NCBI GenBank assembly: GCA_963710435.1
Contig: CAVQAE010000009.1
Coordinates: 21,159 to 85,158, forward strand
DNA: 64,000 bases
Source: an uncultured Gammaproteobacteria bacterium
GTDB taxonomy: Bacteria > Pseudomonadota > Gammaproteobacteria > Steroidobacterales > Steroidobacteraceae
Direction: 5' to 3'
A model generated the notes under the pieces. It was not told where the DNA came from. It saw only the letters and a program-made list of their open reading frames with translations, and ran no database searches. The first letter of the stretch is position 1, and every line of letters begins with the position of its first letter. Both the position numbers and the translations under genes were made by a program. Below, one piece after another: positions 35,596 to 45,138 of this stretch.

Positions 35596-36356
35596 TTGAC
35601 CTGTCCCGGCGCGGACGCGTCGCGATCATGACCTTGGCACGGCCCCCGGTGAATGCGATCGACGATACCCTGATCGCGACGTTCCACGGCTTGCTCGATC
35701 AACTGCGCGACGGCGAGCCGTTTCAGATCCTGCATATCCGCAGCGCCCAGAAGGTTTTTGCGGCCGGCGCCGACCTCGATCTCATTCGCTCCTGGAAGAA
35801 CGCGCCTTCGCCGGGACGGGCCCTATCCGCCTATGTCGAGCGGCTGCAGGGCCTGTACCACCGCATCGAGCAGTTGCCGCAGGTGACCTTGTGTGAAATC
35901 GCCGGGGCCGCCATGGGCGGCGGCTTTGAGCTCGCCCTCGCATGCGATCTGCGGCTCGCCGCGAATGAGGCGAAGATCGGACTGCCGGAGGTGGGCATTG
36001 GCCTGATCCCCGGGGCGGGCGGGACGCAGCGGCTGACCCGGCTTTGCGGACGCGGCGTGGCCTCGCGGATCATTCTCGGCTGCGAGCCGGTGGACGGGCA
36101 GACGGCCGCCGCTTTGGGGATGGTGCAGTGGTCGGTGCCCCGCGTTGAGATTGAAGAGAAGGCGCGCACGATCGCCGATCGCATCGCGGGCTTGCCGGCG
36201 CATGCCCTGCGAGTCGCGAAGCAATGCATCGCGGCCTTCGGCGGCACGGAGCTGCACGGCTATGGCCTCGAGCGGGAACTCGGCGGCGCGCTGCTCGACT
36301 CGCGTGAGACTCAGGATCTGATTGCGGCGTTCTTGGACCGCAATGCGTCCCGATAG
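35592..36356 (+). CDS. Enoyl-CoA hydratase/isomerase family protein
   Basis: Motifs are MTLARPPVNAI and QKVFAAGADLDLI. It overlaps the upstream gene by 4 nt. Confidence 0.85.
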   Translation: MIDLSRRGRVAIMTLARPPVNAIDDTLIATFHGLLDQLRDGEPFQILHIRSAQKVFAAGADLDLIRSWKNAPSPGRALSAYVERLQGLYHRIEQLPQVTLCEIAGAAMGGGFELALACDLRLAANEAKIGLPEVGIGLIPGAGGTQRLTRLCGRGVASRIILGCEPVDGQTAAALGMVQWSVPRVEIEEKARTIADRIAGLPAHALRVAKQCIAAFGGTELHGYGLERELGGALLDSRETQDLIAAFLDRNASR

Positions 36357-36367
36357 GAGAGGGATCA

Positions 36368-37159
36368 ATGTCGGAAGCGATGCAGATGAGTTGGAAACAG
36401 GCGACTGAATTGGCCGGCCGGACGGCCGTGCTCACGGGATGCGCTTCAGGAATCGGCCGAGCCACCGCCCAGCAGTTCGCCGCGGCGGGCGTCAAGGTCT
36501 ACGGCGGCGATATCAACGAACAGGACGGCGCCGCCACCATCGACGCCATCCGTAAGAGCGGCGGTCAGGCGGAATTCGTGCGCCTGGATCTCACCCAGGC
36601 GAGCTCCATCGACGCATTCGTCGATGAGGTGAAGCGGCACAGCGCCGGGGAGATCGACATCATCGCGAGCATCGCGGGAATCGATCGCATCGAGCCTTTT
36701 CTCAAGAACACGCCCGAGGTCTGGGACAAGATCCTCGGGGTGAATTATCTCGGCCCCGTGCGCATGATCCATCGGCTGCTGCCGACGATGATCGAGCGCG
36801 GCGCCGGAGGGCGGATCGTCACCGTCTCGAGTGACGCCGGTCGCGTCGGCAGCACCGGCGAAGTCTTTTATTCGGGCACCAAAGGGGCCGTGATCAGCTT
36901 CACCAAGGCCCTCGCCCGCGAGATGGCGCGCTATGGCATCAAGTGCAACTGCGTCGCCCCGGGCCCGACGGACACCCCGCTGTTCACCGTCGCCATGGAA
37001 GAGAAACTGCGCGAAGCCTTGGTGAAGGCCATTCCGCTGCGGCGTATGGCGGATCCCGTGGAGATCGCCAATGTGATCTTATTCTTCGCGAGCCCCGCCG
37101 CTGACTACATTACCGGGCAGGTGCTGAGCGTGAGCGGCGGCCTCACGATGCACGGCTGA
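36368..37159 (+). CDS. SDR family oxidoreductase (3-hydroxyacyl-CoA / 3-oxoacyl reductase-like)
   Basis: Motifs are VLTGCASGIGRATA and YSGTKGA. Confidence 0.85.
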   Translation: MSEAMQMSWKQATELAGRTAVLTGCASGIGRATAQQFAAAGVKVYGGDINEQDGAATIDAIRKSGGQAEFVRLDLTQASSIDAFVDEVKRHSAGEIDIIASIAGIDRIEPFLKNTPEVWDKILGVNYLGPVRMIHRLLPTMIERGAGGRIVTVSSDAGRVGSTGEVFYSGTKGAVISFTKALAREMARYGIKCNCVAPGPTDTPLFTVAMEEKLREALVKAIPLRRMADPVEIANVILFFASPAADYITGQVLSVSGGLTMHG

Positions 37160-37164
37160 TCGGC

Positions 37165-37533
37165 ATGGCGGGCAGCACGCACCCGGAAGAGCAGTTCTTC
37201 GCCTTTTTGGCCGAGGGCCGCTTCATGCTCCAGCGCAGCGCCGAGACCGGCCGGGTGTTCTTTTATCCGCGCGTGGCCGAGCCGCTGACTGGATGCACCG
37301 ACCTCGAATGGGTCGAGGCGCGCGGCCGCGGCACGGTGTATTCCACCACGGTGGTGCGGCAGAAACCACCGGCGCCGAGCTACAACCTCGCGTTGATCGA
37401 CCTCGAGGAAGGGCCGCGGCTCATGAGCCGCGTCGAGGGCCTGCCCCCCGAAGAGGTGCGCATCGGTATGTCGGTGACCGCGCGCATCATCCGCGAGAAC
37501 GACAAGCCGCTGCTCGTGTTCGAGCCGGCGTGA
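37165..37533 (+). CDS. DUF35-type OB-fold protein (thiolase/aldolase partner)
   Basis: The 122-aa product (FMLQRSAETGRVFFYPR...GTVYSTTVV...LIDLEEGPRLMSRV) has the usual OB-fold pattern. It lies directly upstream of a thiolase-like gene, which is the usual arrangement. Confidence 0.7.
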   Translation: MAGSTHPEEQFFAFLAEGRFMLQRSAETGRVFFYPRVAEPLTGCTDLEWVEARGRGTVYSTTVVRQKPPAPSYNLALIDLEEGPRLMSRVEGLPPEEVRIGMSVTARIIRENDKPLLVFEPA

Positions 37534-37561
37534 TGTCGAGCGAGCGCGTGAGAGGATTCTC

Positions 37562-38719
37562 GTGAAAGATGCGTTTCCTCGCGGCGCCACTGCGATCGTG
37601 GGCGCGGCGACCTTGGGTCTCGACGAGACGCCGGGGTTGAGCAATTTTGATCTGGCGGCGCATGCCGGCGTCCGCGCGCTGGCGGCGGCGGGCCTCAAGC
37701 CGCGCGATGTGGACGGACTGTTCGTGGTGGTCATGGACGAGGCCTTGGCGGCGCTCAACTTTGCGGACTACCTCGGGATTCAGCCGCGCTTTACCGACAA
37801 TTGCCGCACCGGCGGCTCCTCGTTTCAGATCCAGGCTTCGATCGCCGCGCTCGCGCTCGCCGCGGGGCAGTGCGACGTGGCACTGATCGCCTACGGGAGC
37901 AATCAGCGCTCGGCGGCCGGCAAGCTGGTTTCGAGCACGTCGCGGCCGTCGCCTTGGGAGTCGCCTTATCGGCCGCTGCGCCCCATCTCGCAGTACGCGC
38001 TCGCCGCGGCCCGGCACATGCATCAGTACGGCACCACCAAGGAGCAGTTGGGTGAGGTGGCGATTGCGGCGCGCCAATGGGCACGCCTGAATCCCGAGGC
38101 CTTCGCGCGCGAGGAGCTGACCATGGAGGCGTATCTGGGCTCCCGCATGATCTGTGATCCGTTCAGTGCGCGCGACTGCTGCCTGGTGACGGACGGCGCC
38201 GCGGCCGTGGTGATGGTGCGCAGCGAGCGTGCGCGTGAGCTGTGTGCGCGGCCGGCGTATTTGTTGGGCGCGGCCGCCGAGACCACGCACCGGGAAATGT
38301 CGAGCATGGCGGATTTGACCGTGACGGGCGTTGCGCGCGCGGCGCAACGCGCTTTTGCCCAGGCGCGCTTGAGTCCGGCGGACGTCGATGTGGTCGAGCT
38401 CTACGACGCATTCACGATCAACACCATCCTGTTCCTGGAAGATATGGGCTTTTGTCCGAAGGGGGAGGGGGGGCGGTTTGTCTCCGGCGGGTCGATCGCC
38501 CCGGGCGGACGTTTACCCGTCAATACCAATGGCGGCGGGCTCTCGTGCATGCATCCGGGTATGTATGGCCTGTTCACGATCGTGGAGGCGGTGCGCCAGA
38601 TCGCGGGGAGTTGCGGCGAGCGGCAAATTCCCGAGGTGAATGTGGCGATCGCGCAGGGGAACGGCGGCGAGCTCTCGAGTGAGGCGGTGCTGGTCTTGGG
38701 CTCGGCGGCGACCTTGTAG
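37562..38719 (+). CDS. Thiolase-fold lipid-transfer-protein (SCP-x / Ltp-type) enzyme
   Basis: The 385-aa product has DCCLVTDGAAAVVM and a C-terminal NTNGGGLSCMHPGMYG, both typical of nsLTP-type thiolases/aldolases. Confidence 0.8.
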   Translation: MKDAFPRGATAIVGAATLGLDETPGLSNFDLAAHAGVRALAAAGLKPRDVDGLFVVVMDEALAALNFADYLGIQPRFTDNCRTGGSSFQIQASIAALALAAGQCDVALIAYGSNQRSAAGKLVSSTSRPSPWESPYRPLRPISQYALAAARHMHQYGTTKEQLGEVAIAARQWARLNPEAFAREELTMEAYLGSRMICDPFSARDCCLVTDGAAAVVMVRSERARELCARPAYLLGAAAETTHREMSSMADLTVTGVARAAQRAFAQARLSPADVDVVELYDAFTINTILFLEDMGFCPKGEGGRFVSGGSIAPGGRLPVNTNGGGLSCMHPGMYGLFTIVEAVRQIAGSCGERQIPEVNVAIAQGNGGELSSEAVLVLGSAATL

Positions 38720-38721
38720 CC

Positions 38722-39591
38722 ATGCTCGATTACCACGCGGTCAAGAACTGGGACTTCGGCGAGATCGTGCATCAGTACACTACGCGGGATGTGATGCTGT
38801 ACGCCCTCGGGGTCGGCATCGGCAGCGATCCGTTGCACGAGGGTCAGCTGCGCTTCGTCTACGAGAAGGACCTGCAGACCGTGCCGAGCATGGCCTCGGT
38901 GCTCGGCAGCCCCGGTTTTTGGTGGAAGGATCCGCGTACGGGGGCGGACTCGGTCAAGCTCGTGCACGGCGAGCAACATCTGCAGCTCTTGAAGCCGTTA
39001 CCGACCGCGGCCACGGTGCTTGCCCGCAACCGGGTACTCTCGATCACGGACAAAGGCCCCGGCAAGGGGGCCATCGCGGTGATTCGGCGCGAGCTCATCG
39101 ATCAAGCGAGCGGTGATGCGCTGGCGCAATTGACCAATGTCACTTTTCTGCGGGGCGATGGCGGCTACAGCGCGTCGTCGGGCTCGAGCGATCCGGCTCC
39201 GCCGCCGTTGCCCGCCGTACCCGATCGTGCGCCCGACATCGAGGTCGACCTCGGAAGCCTCGCCCAGCAGGCGCTGATCTATCGCTTGAGCGGCGATTAC
39301 AACGTGCTGCATGCCGACCCCGCGGTGGCGCGGGCCGCCGGCTTCTCCCGTCCGATCCTGCATGGACTCTGCACCTATGGCATGGCGGCACACGCGCTCC
39401 TGAGCACGGTCTGCGACTACGAGGCGGGGGCGATCCGCCGCTTGGCGGTGCGCTTCACCGCCCCGGTCTACCCGGGGGAGAGCGTGCGCTTCCAACTGTG
39501 GCGCGCGGCAGCAGGGTCGCTGCACTTACGGGCGCGGGTCGAAGCGCGCGATGCGGTGGTGCTGAATAACGGCATCGTGGAGCTCGCCTGA
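38722..39591 (+). CDS. MaoC-like (R)-specific enoyl-CoA hydratase, double hot-dog
   Basis: The 289-aa product has two hot-dog halves. The second half carries a hydratase-2-like motif, YRLSGDYNVLHADP. Confidence 0.8.
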   Translation: MLDYHAVKNWDFGEIVHQYTTRDVMLYALGVGIGSDPLHEGQLRFVYEKDLQTVPSMASVLGSPGFWWKDPRTGADSVKLVHGEQHLQLLKPLPTAATVLARNRVLSITDKGPGKGAIAVIRRELIDQASGDALAQLTNVTFLRGDGGYSASSGSSDPAPPPLPAVPDRAPDIEVDLGSLAQQALIYRLSGDYNVLHADPAVARAAGFSRPILHGLCTYGMAAHALLSTVCDYEAGAIRRLAVRFTAPVYPGESVRFQLWRAAAGSLHLRARVEARDAVVLNNGIVELA

Positions 39592-39710
39592 GCGACCAGG
39601 CCATCGCTTTCCCTGCGCTTTTCGGTACACTAGCGCCGATCCAACCGTGATAACGGAGCCCGCGGCTCATCGCGCGCCGGTCCGGCCATATTATGGCTGG
39701 ACTAATATCT

Positions 39711-39733
39711 GAACGTTGGTCTAATATATAAAC
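39711..39733. promoter_or_regulatory. Composite operator GAAC-N3-GGTC-N8-AAAC
   Basis: The sequence is GAACGTTGGTCTAATATATAAAC, 27 bp upstream of the IclR ATG. Confidence 0.45.
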
Positions 39734-39759
39734 CTCACCTTGGCTTGGACGGGATCACC

Positions 39760-40626
39760 ATGGCCAAAAGCGGCTCGACCAAAAACCTCGCGGCGGAGGT
39801 CAGCGGGCCGCGCTCCCTGACCCGCGTGCTCGGGCTCTTCGACGCCTTGGCGAAGTCGGCGAACGGACTCACGTTGGCGGAACTCAACACGGTGCTCGAG
39901 TCGCCGAAGAGCAGCTTGCTGAATTTATTGCGTCCGCTCGTCGCCGATGGCTATCTCAATCATGACAACGGTCGCTACCGGCTCGGGCCGACCATTTTCC
40001 GCCTGGCTGCGAACATCGTCTCGGTGTGGAATTTCTCGAATTTGGTCCGTCCGTATCTCGAGGAGTTGGCGCGGCGCTCGCACGAGTCGGTCTATATCGG
40101 TGTCCTCGACCGGGTCGCCAAGGTGATCACCTATGTGGACAGCATCGATAGTCCGCACTCCGTGCGCTACTCGGTTCCGGTTGGTGCGGTGCGGCCGCTT
40201 TACTGCACGGCCGCCGGCCGCGTTCTGCTCGCCTTCGCAGATGAGCAATTTCAAGAGGAGTATCTGCGCTCGACCAAGCTCGAGGCGCGCACCGAGCGGA
40301 CCATCAGCACCCGCAAGGCCCTGCGCGCGGAGCTCGACAAGGTCGTCAAGACCCGCTTGTCCGTGAGCATCGGCGAGATGTTTCCGGAATCCGCGGCGGT
40401 GTCAGCACCGATTTTCGGAGCCAATGGCAAGATCGTGGCCGCGATGGCCGTGGGTGGACCGTCCGAGCGGCTGCAAAGCCGGCTGGCGGAGCTCAAGCTC
40501 ATCATGGCCGACGTCGCGACGCGCGCTTCGGGCATCACGGCGCGCAAGGTCAACGGCGATCAGATCGGCACCGACCCGGTCGTGAACGCAGCCGGCCGGT
40601 CGGGCGCCGCCTCCTCACGGCTCTGA
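39760..40626 (+). CDS. IclR family transcriptional regulator
   Basis: It has an N-terminal wHTH SLTRVLGLFDALAKSANGLTLAELNTVLESPKSSLLNLLRPLVADGYL and a C-terminal IclR effector domain. I chose the in-frame ATG 39760. Confidence 0.85.
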   Translation: MAKSGSTKNLAAEVSGPRSLTRVLGLFDALAKSANGLTLAELNTVLESPKSSLLNLLRPLVADGYLNHDNGRYRLGPTIFRLAANIVSVWNFSNLVRPYLEELARRSHESVYIGVLDRVAKVITYVDSIDSPHSVRYSVPVGAVRPLYCTAAGRVLLAFADEQFQEEYLRSTKLEARTERTISTRKALRAELDKVVKTRLSVSIGEMFPESAAVSAPIFGANGKIVAAMAVGGPSERLQSRLAELKLIMADVATRASGITARKVNGDQIGTDPVVNAAGRSGAASSRL

Positions 40627-41184
40627 GGACAGCTCGCGCAGCAGGGTCGGGTCACTTTTCTCCCAGAAGGCCCGCCAGCTCGGAAACGCCTGAGGGAGCT
40701 CCGGCTTGCGATCCGCCCATTCCGGCCAGCGCTGGAAATTCGGCCCCTGAGGTCGCTCGAGGATATCGGTCGAATACCAATGCTTCTCGCGGCGTTTGAC
40801 GAAGTACCAGCGACCGTCACGCCGCTCGTAGGTGTCGAAGTAGCAGATGAGCATGATGTACCAGCGGTCGCCCTGCTCATGCTCTGCGCGGCAGTAGACT
40901 TTGCCGGTGGCGTGATCCGGATCGACGAAATCGACGGCGTGTCCGCAGATCTGGTGGTGCGAGCGGTAGAAGGTGCGCACCGCGGGATCGATGAACTGGC
41001 GTAGCGCCTCACGGCCCCGGCCATACTTGCCGCAGTCGACGTCCGCGACGAATAAACCGACCCAGGTATCGATATCGCGGGCGTCGATGGCCAAGGCATA
41101 GCGCACGGGCAGCTCTTGAATGGCGAGACGGGACTCGAGCCGCTCGAGGCGCGTGGCGAGGTCAGAGGTGTCGTTCGTGGTCAT
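40615..41184 (-). CDS. NTF2/SnoaL-like family protein
   Basis: LAIQELPVRYALAIDARDIDTWVGLFVADV... shows the SnoaL_4-like pattern. I chose the start at ATG 41184. Confidence 0.7.
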   Translation of the reverse strand: MTTNDTSDLATRLERLESRLAIQELPVRYALAIDARDIDTWVGLFVADVDCGKYGRGREALRQFIDPAVRTFYRSHHQICGHAVDFVDPDHATGKVYCRAEHEQGDRWYIMLICYFDTYERRDGRWYFVKRREKHWYSTDILERPQGPNFQRWPEWADRKPELPQAFPSWRAFWEKSDPTLLRELSSEP

Positions 41185-41250
41185 GGCGCTGGTTAACTCC
41201 CGCGGTCTGTTCCGCGTACAAGGCCGCGGATCCGTATTGGCCGTCAATGT

Positions 41251-41273
41251 AAATGACATTCATATATAGGAAC
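41251..41273. promoter_or_regulatory. Composite operator AAAT-N3-ATTC-N8-GAAC
   Basis: The sequence is AAATGACATTCATATATAGGAAC, upstream of the NTF2 gene (start 41184, minus strand). Confidence 0.4.
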
Positions 41274-41280
41274 CCGATGT

Positions 41281-42465
41281 CTAGGCGAGAACGCCGCTCG
41301 CGCGCCAGGCTGCAATCTCCTCGGGCGACGACCACTCGGCGAGCTCGTTGCCCTCGCCGGGTGCGGACGGCGGAGAAGGATCCTGCGGCGGTGTACGGCT
41401 GAAGCGCGGCGCGGGGGCGGGCTGGGTGATTCCGTCGATGGTCACGAACGTGCGCCGCGCCGCCAGATGCGGATGGTGCGGCGCTTCATCCCAGCGCAGG
41501 ACCGGCGCCACACAGGCGTCGCTATCGGCAAAAATACGCGTCCATTCATCGCGCGTGCGGGTGCGGAACTTGGCCGCGAGGATGGCCTTGGCGCGCGGCC
41601 AGCTCGCCGCATCCAATTGCTCGCCGAGCTCCGCGGGCTCGATGCCGAGCTCTTTCAGCAAGAGCCGGTAAAAGCGTGTCTCGATCGGTCCGACCGAAAT
41701 CCACGCGCCATCGGCGCACTCGTACACATCGTAGAAATGCGACCCCGAGTCGGTGAGATTCGAGCCACGCTCGGGTCTGAGCATGCCCGCCGCCTGCATG
41801 CCGAAGAACGTGGTCGCGAGCGATGCGGTGCCATCCACGATCGCCGCGTCGACCACCTGTCCTTGACCTGAGCTGCGGGCCTCGAGGAGGGCGGCGAGCA
41901 GACCCATGACGAGATAGAGTCCGCCGCCCGCGTAGTCGCCGATCAAATTGAGCGGTACCGAGGGCGCCGCGTCGCGGCGGCCGATGGCATGCAGCACGCC
42001 CGTGATGGCGATATACCCGAGATCGTGTCCTGCCGTATGCGCGAGCGGTCCGGATTGTCCCCAGCCGGTGATTCGTCCATACACGAGTCGCGGATTGCGC
42101 TCGAGGCATGTATCGGGCCCGAGTCCGAGTCGCTCCATCACGCCCGGACGAAATCCCTCGATGAGGGCGTCTGCCTTGCCGATGAGTTGCAGCGCCATCG
42201 ACACCGCGCGCGAATCCTTCAAATCGAGCGCGATGGACGCGCGGTTGCGCAGCAGCAGATCGTACTGCCGCGGTCGCTTGAGACCGAGCTCGACGGGCTC
42301 GCGACGCTCGATGCGCAGTACCGTCGCGCCGAGGTCGGCGAGCAGCATGGCCGCCATCGGACCCGGGCCCGCGCCGGCAAACTCGATGATGCGCACGCCT
42401 CGCAGGGGGCCCGTGCGCGGCGGCCTCAGCGCTTGCGAATCGCGTTCCACTGCTCTTCGGTCCAA
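41281..42465 (-). CDS. Family III CoA-transferase (CaiB/BaiF type)
   Basis: It has GPLRGVRIIEFAGAGPGPMAAMLLADLGATVLRIER. The start is uncertain: TTG 42465 or GTG 42450, and both overlap the upstream gene. Confidence 0.85.
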   Translation of the reverse strand: MDRRAVERDSQALRPPRTGPLRGVRIIEFAGAGPGPMAAMLLADLGATVLRIERREPVELGLKRPRQYDLLLRNRASIALDLKDSRAVSMALQLIGKADALIEGFRPGVMERLGLGPDTCLERNPRLVYGRITGWGQSGPLAHTAGHDLGYIAITGVLHAIGRRDAAPSVPLNLIGDYAGGGLYLVMGLLAALLEARSSGQGQVVDAAIVDGTASLATTFFGMQAAGMLRPERGSNLTDSGSHFYDVYECADGAWISVGPIETRFYRLLLKELGIEPAELGEQLDAASWPRAKAILAAKFRTRTRDEWTRIFADSDACVAPVLRWDEAPHHPHLAARRTFVTIDGITQPAPAPRFSRTPPQDPSPPSAPGEGNELAEWSSPEEIAAWRASGVLA

Positions 42466-43265
42466 TCTTGCATGGCGCGCACGCTCGGGCCGCCCACCCC
42501 CTGCATCCAGCGTCCGCCGTCCATGACGATGAGATCGCCGGTGATGTAGCCGGACTCATCCGAGGCGAGATAGGCGAACAGGTTCGCGAGCTCGATGTGC
42601 TCCCCGACTCGGCGCAAAGGAACGTTGCGCTCCTGCGGCTCGACTTGCGAGCCCGGCGGATAGAGCCGCTCCCAGGCGCCCTCGGTGGGAAACAGCCCCG
42701 GCGCAACGGCGTTGAGACGAATCCCTTTCGGGCCCCACTCGACGGCGAGACTGCGTGTCATGGCGACGATGCCCGCCTTGGCGGCGGCGGAGGGTGCGGT
42801 GAATGCCATGCCGGTGAACGAGGGTGTCGTGGCGACGCTCAGCACGGTGCCCGCACGCTGTGCCTCGATCCAGCGCCGCCCGCAGGCGACGGTGCAATAG
42901 AATGCGCCGTGCAGCACGATGTTGAGCACCGCGTCGATCGCGCGCGGCGAGAGCTGGTCGGTGCGCGCGATGAAATTGGCGGCGGCGTTGTTGACCAGCA
43001 CATCGAGGGGCGCGCGTTGCCAGATGCGCTCCATCATCGCCTCCACCTGGGCGCTGTCGCGGATGTCGCACGGGACGGTGTCCACGCGTCCGCCGGTGGC
43101 CGCGGAAAGCTCGTGTGCGCTCGCCTCGAGCACCTCGGCGCGCCGGCCGCAGATGACCACCTCCGCGCCGAGCTCGAGGTAACGCTTCGCGAGGCTCTTG
43201 CCGAGACCGGTACCGCCGCCGGTTACCAGAATCCGCTTGGTCTTGAGCAGATCAGTTCTGAACAT
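42426..43265 (-). CDS. SDR oxidoreductase, 2,4-dienoyl-CoA-reductase (DECR)-like
   Basis: It has ILVTGGGTGLGKSLA and NNAAANF. The overall pattern resembles DECR-type SDRs, which lack a classical Y-x3-K. Confidence 0.75.
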   Translation of the reverse strand: MFRTDLLKTKRILVTGGGTGLGKSLAKRYLELGAEVVICGRRAEVLEASAHELSAATGGRVDTVPCDIRDSAQVEAMMERIWQRAPLDVLVNNAAANFIARTDQLSPRAIDAVLNIVLHGAFYCTVACGRRWIEAQRAGTVLSVATTPSFTGMAFTAPSAAAKAGIVAMTRSLAVEWGPKGIRLNAVAPGLFPTEGAWERLYPPGSQVEPQERNVPLRRVGEHIELANLFAYLASDESGYITGDLIVMDGGRWMQGVGGPSVRAMQDWTEEQWNAIRKR

Positions 43266-43342
43266 GCAATGTGGTCACCGGACTGCGCGTCCCAGGAGTT
43301 AGTCTCGGCCATTGCGCTTCGAGGCGCATCATTAATATAATC

Positions 43343-43353
43343 GAACGGCGTTC
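43343..43353. promoter_or_regulatory. Operator GAACGGCGTTC (perfect)
   Basis: It lies in the divergent region between the DECR-like SDR (43265) and the KstD-like gene (43414). It is flanked by AT-rich ATTAATATAATC and AAAAACAC. Confidence 0.55.
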
Positions 43354-43413
43354 AAAAACACAGCCAGTGCGTGTCCGGCGCGGACAGGCAGTTCCCGAGG
43401 GAAATCGGATTGC

Positions 43414-45138
43414 ATGCAGGACTGGGACGAAAGCTATGACTTCGTGATTGTCGGCAGCGGTGGCGCCTCCATGTGCGCGGCCCTGGTCGCGAGCTCGCTC
43501 GGCAGAAAACCCCTCATCATCGAGAAGTTGGACAAAGTGGGCGGCTCGACGGGATTCTCGGGAGGCGTCTGGTGGATCCCCAACAATCCCGTGATGAAGC
43601 GCGCGGGTGTCGCGGACTCTTACGAGCGCGCCCGCCAGTACCTCGACGCGGTCGCCAGCTATCACGGGGCCGGAAGCTCGGACGCGCGGCGCACGGCGTT
43701 TCTCAAGACCGGCCCGGAGATGGTCGAGTTTCTCGAGCGTGCGGGCATGGTCTTTAAGTACGCCGACGGCTGGTCGGACTACTACGATACGCTGCCGGGC
43801 GGCGAGCCCCGCGGCCGCTCGCTGGTGGCCGCGCTCTTTGATATCAATGAGCTCGGCGAATGGAAAAGCCGCCTGTCCATGTATCCGGGCGTGCACATGC
43901 CGATGGGCTCGGAGGACTTTCCAATCCTGTTTCTCGCCAAGCGCACCTGGGCCGGCAAGCGCATGGCGCTGAAGCTCGCTTGGCGCATGCTCTACGCGAA
44001 ACTCACCGGCAAGGACCTGCGGGCGAACGGCGCCGCGATCCAGGGCCGCATGCTGCAAATCGCGCTGCGCGAGCAGCTGCCGATCTGGACTCGCGCCCCG
44101 GTCGTCGATCTCATCGTCAACCAAGGTCGCGTCGAGGGCGTGCTCGTGATGCGCGAGGGCCGCAAGCTCCGCGTGCAAGCGCGCGATGGCGTGCTCATCA
44201 ACTCCGGCGGCTTCTCGCGAAGTCAGGAAATGCGCGAGGAGTTTCAGGCGCGCCCGAACCCTTGGCGCTGGACCAACGCCAACCCCGGCGACACCGGTGA
44301 AATGATTCAGGCGGCAATGCGCCTCGGCGCGGCGGTTGATTGCATGAATGAGGCCTGGTGGGTGATTACCTCACTCGGTCCGGGTGAGTCGCTGCCCGAG
44401 GGAGCGGTGGCGGCGGACGGCACCGCAATACCCTTCATGCATCATCTCGATTTGTCACTGCCTTACTCGATCATGGTCGACCAGCAGGGGCAGCGGTATT
44501 GCGACGAGGCGGGCGCCTACATGGAGATCGGGCAACGCATGTATCGGCGGCATTCTGAAACCGGCAAGGCGGTGCCGAGCTGGGTGATCATGGACAGCCG
44601 GCAGCGGCAATACTACCCGTGGGGTACCGCGGCGCCGGGACAAGTGCCGGAGAAGTGGCTTCAAAGCGGCTATCTCAAGCGGGCGGATGATCTGGCCTCG
44701 CTCGCCGCCCAATGCGGCATCGATGCCGCGGGTTTGGCCGGCACGGTCGAGCGCTACAATGGCTTCTGCCGCGCCGGGAAAGACGAGGACTTCGGGCGCG
44801 GCGGGCGAGCGTTCGATCGCGCGCACGGCGATCCGACCGTGAAGCCCAACCCGAGCTTAGGTCCCATCGAACGTCCGCCGTTTTACGCCGTCGCCATGTA
44901 CCCGGGCGATGTGGGCACGGCGGGCGGCGTCGTCACCGACGAATTTGGCCGCGTGTTGCGTGCCGACGGCTCGGTCATCGACGGGCTGTATGCGACGGGC
45001 AACTCGACGGCGTCGGTCATGGGACGCTGTTATCCGGGAGCGGGCGCGAGCATCGCCGCATCGTTCGTCTTTGGCTATATCGCCGCGCATCATGCGGCGC
45101 AGCCGCAGAGCAAAGCATCGGTCGGGAGAGCGGCATGA
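43414..45138 (+). CDS. FAD-dependent dehydrogenase, 3-ketosteroid-delta1-dehydrogenase (KstD)/fumarate-reductase-flavoprotein-like
   Basis: Motifs are YDFVIVGSGGASMCAALVAS...IIEKLDKVGGSTGFSGGVWWIPNN and a C-terminal GLYATGNSTASVMGRCYPGAGASIAASFVFGY. Confidence 0.75.
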   Translation: MQDWDESYDFVIVGSGGASMCAALVASSLGRKPLIIEKLDKVGGSTGFSGGVWWIPNNPVMKRAGVADSYERARQYLDAVASYHGAGSSDARRTAFLKTGPEMVEFLERAGMVFKYADGWSDYYDTLPGGEPRGRSLVAALFDINELGEWKSRLSMYPGVHMPMGSEDFPILFLAKRTWAGKRMALKLAWRMLYAKLTGKDLRANGAAIQGRMLQIALREQLPIWTRAPVVDLIVNQGRVEGVLVMREGRKLRVQARDGVLINSGGFSRSQEMREEFQARPNPWRWTNANPGDTGEMIQAAMRLGAAVDCMNEAWWVITSLGPGESLPEGAVAADGTAIPFMHHLDLSLPYSIMVDQQGQRYCDEAGAYMEIGQRMYRRHSETGKAVPSWVIMDSRQRQYYPWGTAAPGQVPEKWLQSGYLKRADDLASLAAQCGIDAAGLAGTVERYNGFCRAGKDEDFGRGGRAFDRAHGDPTVKPNPSLGPIERPPFYAVAMYPGDVGTAGGVVTDEFGRVLRADGSVIDGLYATGNSTASVMGRCYPGAGASIAASFVFGYIAAHHAAQPQSKASVGRAA

